DNA of 64,000 nt, from NCBI GenBank assembly GCA_045837725.1, contig JBEWZL010000294.1, positions 186,001 to 250,000 on the forward strand, read 5' to 3'. Below, piece by piece: positions 59,594 to 64,000 of the stretch. Below the pieces are notes generated by a model. That model ran no database searches and had not been told where the DNA came from. It worked only from the letters and a program-made list of their open reading frames with translations. Source of the DNA: Vermamoeba vermiformis (taxonomy: Eukaryota). The stretch's first letter is position 1; each line of letters starts with the position of its first letter. The position numbers and the translations under genes are program-made.

Positions 59594-62523
59594 TCAGTTC
59601 ACTCGCAAACGGACTAACGTTTCCAAGTCCTTCAACGATACCTTCGTAATGTTGTATTTCATCGATAAGAATTTGTGCGCTGAATCCACGGTCAATTTTT
59701 TGTCCTTGTCGTTCATCTTCTCCAGTTGCTGTTTGAATTCAGCTAGTTGTTCTGCGTTCATTGTAAGCACGGTAAGTGACTCTTTTAGCCTAAAGAGCTC
59801 ATTAGTATTATTATATAATTATCACGTGTAACCACTTACTCCTTGAAATAATTCTCCGGCGTGCTCGAGAACGGTCTGAAAATTGAAAACAAACCCTTCA
59901 TGTCGAATGCAAATTGCAGCGCACCTATAAAAAGGGTCATATTAGCATCGCTTAAAGGCCATCGACGTCATTCCTACCGTTGTAATTGAAGTACTGTTGG
60001 AGCACTAGTTGCTGGAACAAGTAATTGTTGATCATCAGCGCCAATTTCTTCCAGTACTTGTAGAACATTTTTTCAGCCAATGTCGATGAGGTGCGCGTGA
60101 TAACATCTTGCAGCACAGACAAAGCGTCCTCGAGTTCTGAACTGATGTGCAAGGTCGTGTCATCTTTCAACAAAGTCGATGAAATTATGCGCCTAAAAAA
60201 GCCATGCGTTAGTAAAGCGCTGTTTGAAACAATTATAATGGACTTACTTTTTATAAATGTAGTTGTTTGAAGTCGATTTGAATGCACGCATGGTGAACTC
60301 TCTGAGGTTGGTCATCATCTCTTTGATAAATTGCTTCACTTTGTTGATTATCGGCGTGAATATCGTGCCCTTCAAGGTCAACAGCTTTTCTTCGTTCACT
60401 GAACTGTCTCTGAATTCTTCATAGTACTTCAATTCCAAAAAGAACTATCGAAGGTTAACATCGATGTTGTTTCAGTTATATTACGTACCATTTGGTCACC
60501 CCACTCGGTCAAGGTATTGATCACATAATGGCAACTGTTAATTAACATGCACAAATTGGTTATTTTTTCCGCATCCAGAATGGTCAATTTGTCGTGATAC
60601 ATGTTGAAAATCTACAGCAATATATTAGTACAAATGCTGACACCATAATGCTATTCGTACCTCGTTTAAATAGTCAGCAATCAAAGCATTATTCGCTTGC
60701 ACGAAGAAATAATATCGTTGACTGAGAGCAGGGATAGTCTGTGCTTTCTCCGTCAATTGCAGCAGAATATTAAACAGGTGGTACACTGATCGTGAAGGAT
60801 TTGTTTCTTTCAACGAATTGGTTTCTACGCTCTATCACGGCGCGTGTTAAATTAGTAACAGTTCGAAATTAAGTTGAAAGACACGTACCTCTTCAAGGTC
60901 GGGCCAAATGGACGTCAGCGCATCTTTCTTATGTAGTTCTCTTTCAATGCTTGTCTTGGAAGCTAAGCAATCGTGTGAGTTAATCAGCAAAAAAATGTGA
61001 AGAGGTACTTACTTGAGGCCTCGTACTCAACCCACTTGCTCAGAACAGTGTGGTTCCGCAATAGAATGGACATAGCTCTCGGCCTCTCATCACCATATTT
61101 ATCTAACGACGCATCTAACGCTCCTGCACCAGCGACAACACGTGTCAAGAGCTGTGGTCTGATAGCTACTTCGTTCATCTCCGCAGCCCACTTGGCGGCC
61201 AGTTCATCGAACAGTCCAGCGGCTACACATACTTGAGGACTATAGGCAGGCAAGTCTATCGAATTGAGAATATCTTGCACGAGTACGAAGAATTTTTCGT
61301 GATCCGTAAAGTTGGAAGCAATGAACGCGAAGTACCACTCGGGCTATTGAGGACATTAATAACGTGATCAATATAGATGTACGGAATGTTACCTTGTCAG
61401 CGCGGTTAGTCTCTTGTTTGGTTCTGAAATGAAATCTGAAGCGAAGAAGAATGGGCTCGAGCAGCCAGTCCATCGGCCACAACGGGCAGTATTTGCCTGT
61501 GAGCTTCGTACGGTCTTGAAGCCTAGTTCAGAGGGGAATTAAAATCGGTTATTCAATGAATTTGATGTTTAGGACTTGCATTAATTGGAACGTCATGGCG
61601 ATGATAAACAAGGACTTAAATCTTTGTAGCTTTTCTTCTGTAACGTCTTTTAACTTCGCAAATGGCTTCGGCCAGTCTAATAGGCTTAGAGAGCTCATAT
61701 ATGCTCTATAAAATAATAAGGTTAGATTTTTAAATTGGATCTGGAACTGCGTGCCACGTGCTTTTTGAGTCGCTGTTCGATGATTTGCTTCCATTCTTCA
61801 ACCTTTTGTCGGATCACTTTATTGAGGTGGTGCGACCTATTAGTAATATAAGTTGATATGAGCGAAATTGGCATTGTTGTACCTGAATTTACTAAGCGCA
61901 TGCTCGATCTTAACGAGATCGCTAAAAGGTTCCAATAATTGATTGAACAATTGCTCTTCTTGTTTTAAAGTTGCAATAACAATATCAAGTGATGCTTCCT
62001 TGCTTATTTCCGGTTGTTTCGAGTTGAATATTTTGTGCAGCGAGGAAAGCAGATCTTCGACGCGCAAATAAATTTTTAAATAATAATCTGTATTCTTTAA
62101 AAGTGATATTTGTTGATTAAACTGCTCTAATTTTCCTCGTAGCGTTTGAGATGATGCCTTCTTTGCTCTAATATCGTCGCTTAGTTGTTTGATCTCGATC
62201 TCCAATTGCTCTAATTCGCTCAAGGATTGCTTTGCTAATTTTTGACCGACGTTTAATTTTTCAGGCAAATTTTGCTCTAATTTTTGAAGCTCCTAATGAT
62301 ACAATAATATTTAAAATTAATTTCAGACTGATCAACCACAGGGAAGCATTAAGTTGTTCCCATTAGCGTATTTAATTGTAAAAATATAAGATAAAATTAC
62401 CTCGGAAAGGTCATTGCGTTCTTTTTCTAATTGAGTTGCGAGGGTAAGAGATCTGTCACTGACCACGTCAGCAATCTCGACAAAATGTTTATTTAAGAAA
62501 GTCTTCACGCTATCTTCGTCCAT
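59594..62523 (-). CDS. RINT1: RINT1/TIP20 (Dsl1/NRZ tethering complex subunit), many exons
   Basis: N-terminal coiled coil, LDWPKP, LEPILLRFRFHF...TNRADK|PEWYF, L.EWGD..FF and GALQFAFDM..LF. Confidence 0.88.
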
Positions 62524-63845
62524 ATTGTTGTGGTTAGACAAAATATAATTAATTCCGTCAGGTTGGCTAGCTGGTAAAGTTGACAAATCAATGAAAATAA
62601 GTTTATAGTTCTGAACACTTGCCCAGAACCACGTCAGTATGAAAATACACTACATTAATAAAGGTTACTCAAGGAGGCGGGTATCTATCCTTATATGCGA
62701 GGGGTAACAATGTAGTTTAAGGCGATAGAAGAAATTGTAAATGCCTCAGAAGAAGACGTACTTTAAATAGTAAGTACGAATAAGAGCTTTACGTTCCTGA
62801 CAGGGCAAAATATATAAAATGAAATACAAGAATGATACATTTTTGATCTGAATTATTTTATTTAATTTGAATTGTCTCAGCAAGTCAATATAGCCCTCAT
62901 TTTTTATAGTGCGATTGAATTAAAAATATTAATCGTATTTGAAAATAGCGGAATTTTTGTACGTTCTTCGCGCCTGGTATCTTGTGCAGGAGGATTCGGC
63001 AAAGTGATCGTGTCACCTCTGCGCTCCAAAAACACACGAATATCTGCTTGCAAGAATGTCCTATACAATAACAATATTCGATTAGAATCGTTGGTAGTGC
63101 GAGGGAACTCTTAGAGTGGTTTTTCGTCGCTCGATCTACGTCCTCAGTCTTAGGAGGCAAAAGAGTAGTCTCGTTTTCAGTAACAAAAGTATGGGTAAAT
63201 GGCAACGAACTAAAGCCACACATTCAATATCACTCCAACGACCGCCAATGAATCATTGCCGACTAATATAACCAATGCCACGAGCACTAATGAGTCGCTT
63301 CCTACTGGTTCTGACGCTAACCTGCTACCTTAAGTACGTTAAAATTAAATTTTAATTTTGAAGCCCAAATCTTGCCTTTTTCAGTAATTACCAGAAATGT
63401 TTACTAGTCGCTAATTTAAGGGCTATTTCAGCGCTGAGTAATATTTCTATCTACATTATTATCTATCTACCGTAATAAGATAAAGCTAGACTCCGTCAAG
63501 ACGATCCGCGCAACGCAGAAATTTTTAAATTGACACTGAAGTTGATTGAGGCTCTATGGATCTATTATACCATCTTATTTCGATGCGTCAGTTTCAATTT
63601 GCGAGTTTTCTGAAGAACGTTTGACTGAAATAATAGCCCGCAAGGAATCCAGAAAACTAGTAATTTGACACTTGGATGTTCATCAGAGGCGATCAGTTGT
63701 GATGTCTGCACTCGCTCACACGAGTTCTCTTCAAAATGGATGGCTGACCAATCAGCGACGAGCTCGTTCAGTGAACCAATGCCGTTACGCGACGCCAAAT
63801 CCTTAATTTTTATTCTTTTCAGTTTGCCTCAACCAACTACAACAA

Positions 63846-64000
63846 ATGGACGTAGACGATTATATGAACCAAATATACGAAGCTATGGCTAACCATGCCG
63901 AGCGCTACTCGGCTCACCTTAACAAGAAAAGTAAGAAACGTTGCCACGCAGGTCTCCAGTACCGAACTAATGCCTTTTTTAGAGACTGACTTGCAGAGAG
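63846..64000 (+). CDS. 5' end of an unidentified gene (runs off the window)
   Basis: MDVDDYMNQIYEAMANHAERYSAHLNKK followed by a GTAAG donor and a TAG acceptor near 63982. Confidence 0.45.

Noticed and set aside
59500-59596. RINT1 and the hypothetical gene abutting with no gap
   Set aside because: The correct RINT1 frame stops at 59594, leaving about 90 bp between the two stops.
62700-63340. Possible small gene with a duplicated TNESLPT motif
   Set aside because: I could not build a consistent spliced model, so it is left unannotated.
1-64000. Alternative genetic code or stop-codon readthrough
   Set aside because: All three stop codons end genes here, and apparent in-frame stops resolve as short introns.

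Overview
Gene-dense nuclear DNA from a compact-genome microbial eukaryote (protist-like; lineage not determinable from this window). It holds about 27 intron-containing genes with GC-rich exons, mostly 35-120 nt spliceosomal introns and short intergenic gaps. Recognisable genes: AP-4 epsilon, COX6A, ELP3, EMC3, GT10 alpha-1,3-fucosyltransferase, RPL7, SMARCAD1/Fun30, Rab11, a Slo/BK-type K+ channel, ELL, MAF1, NCAPG2, TCAIM-like, LYRM5/ETFRF1, CK1, an ARID-ARM protein, RINT1/TIP20 and four F-box proteins. I saw no rRNA, tRNA, CRISPR array or transposase. The most unusual signals: (1) a highly iterated 12-bp palindrome TGACA(SS)TGTCA, at least 22 copies in both introns and exons, that appears to shape protein sequence; (2) a major-vault-protein homologue cut after repeat 7 and ending in a hydrophobic tail anchor; (3) a 160-nt three-way-junction fold inside an intron, plus nested fold-back structure in most long introns; (4) a torsin-like secretory AAA+ ATPase and a nesprin/interaptin-like CH-coiled-coil-TM protein; (5) a candidate U12 intron and two candidate GC-AG introns; (6) a TMEM129-like RING gene missed by the ORF track. 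All gene models were spliced by eye, and family calls rest on remembered motifs rather than database searches.
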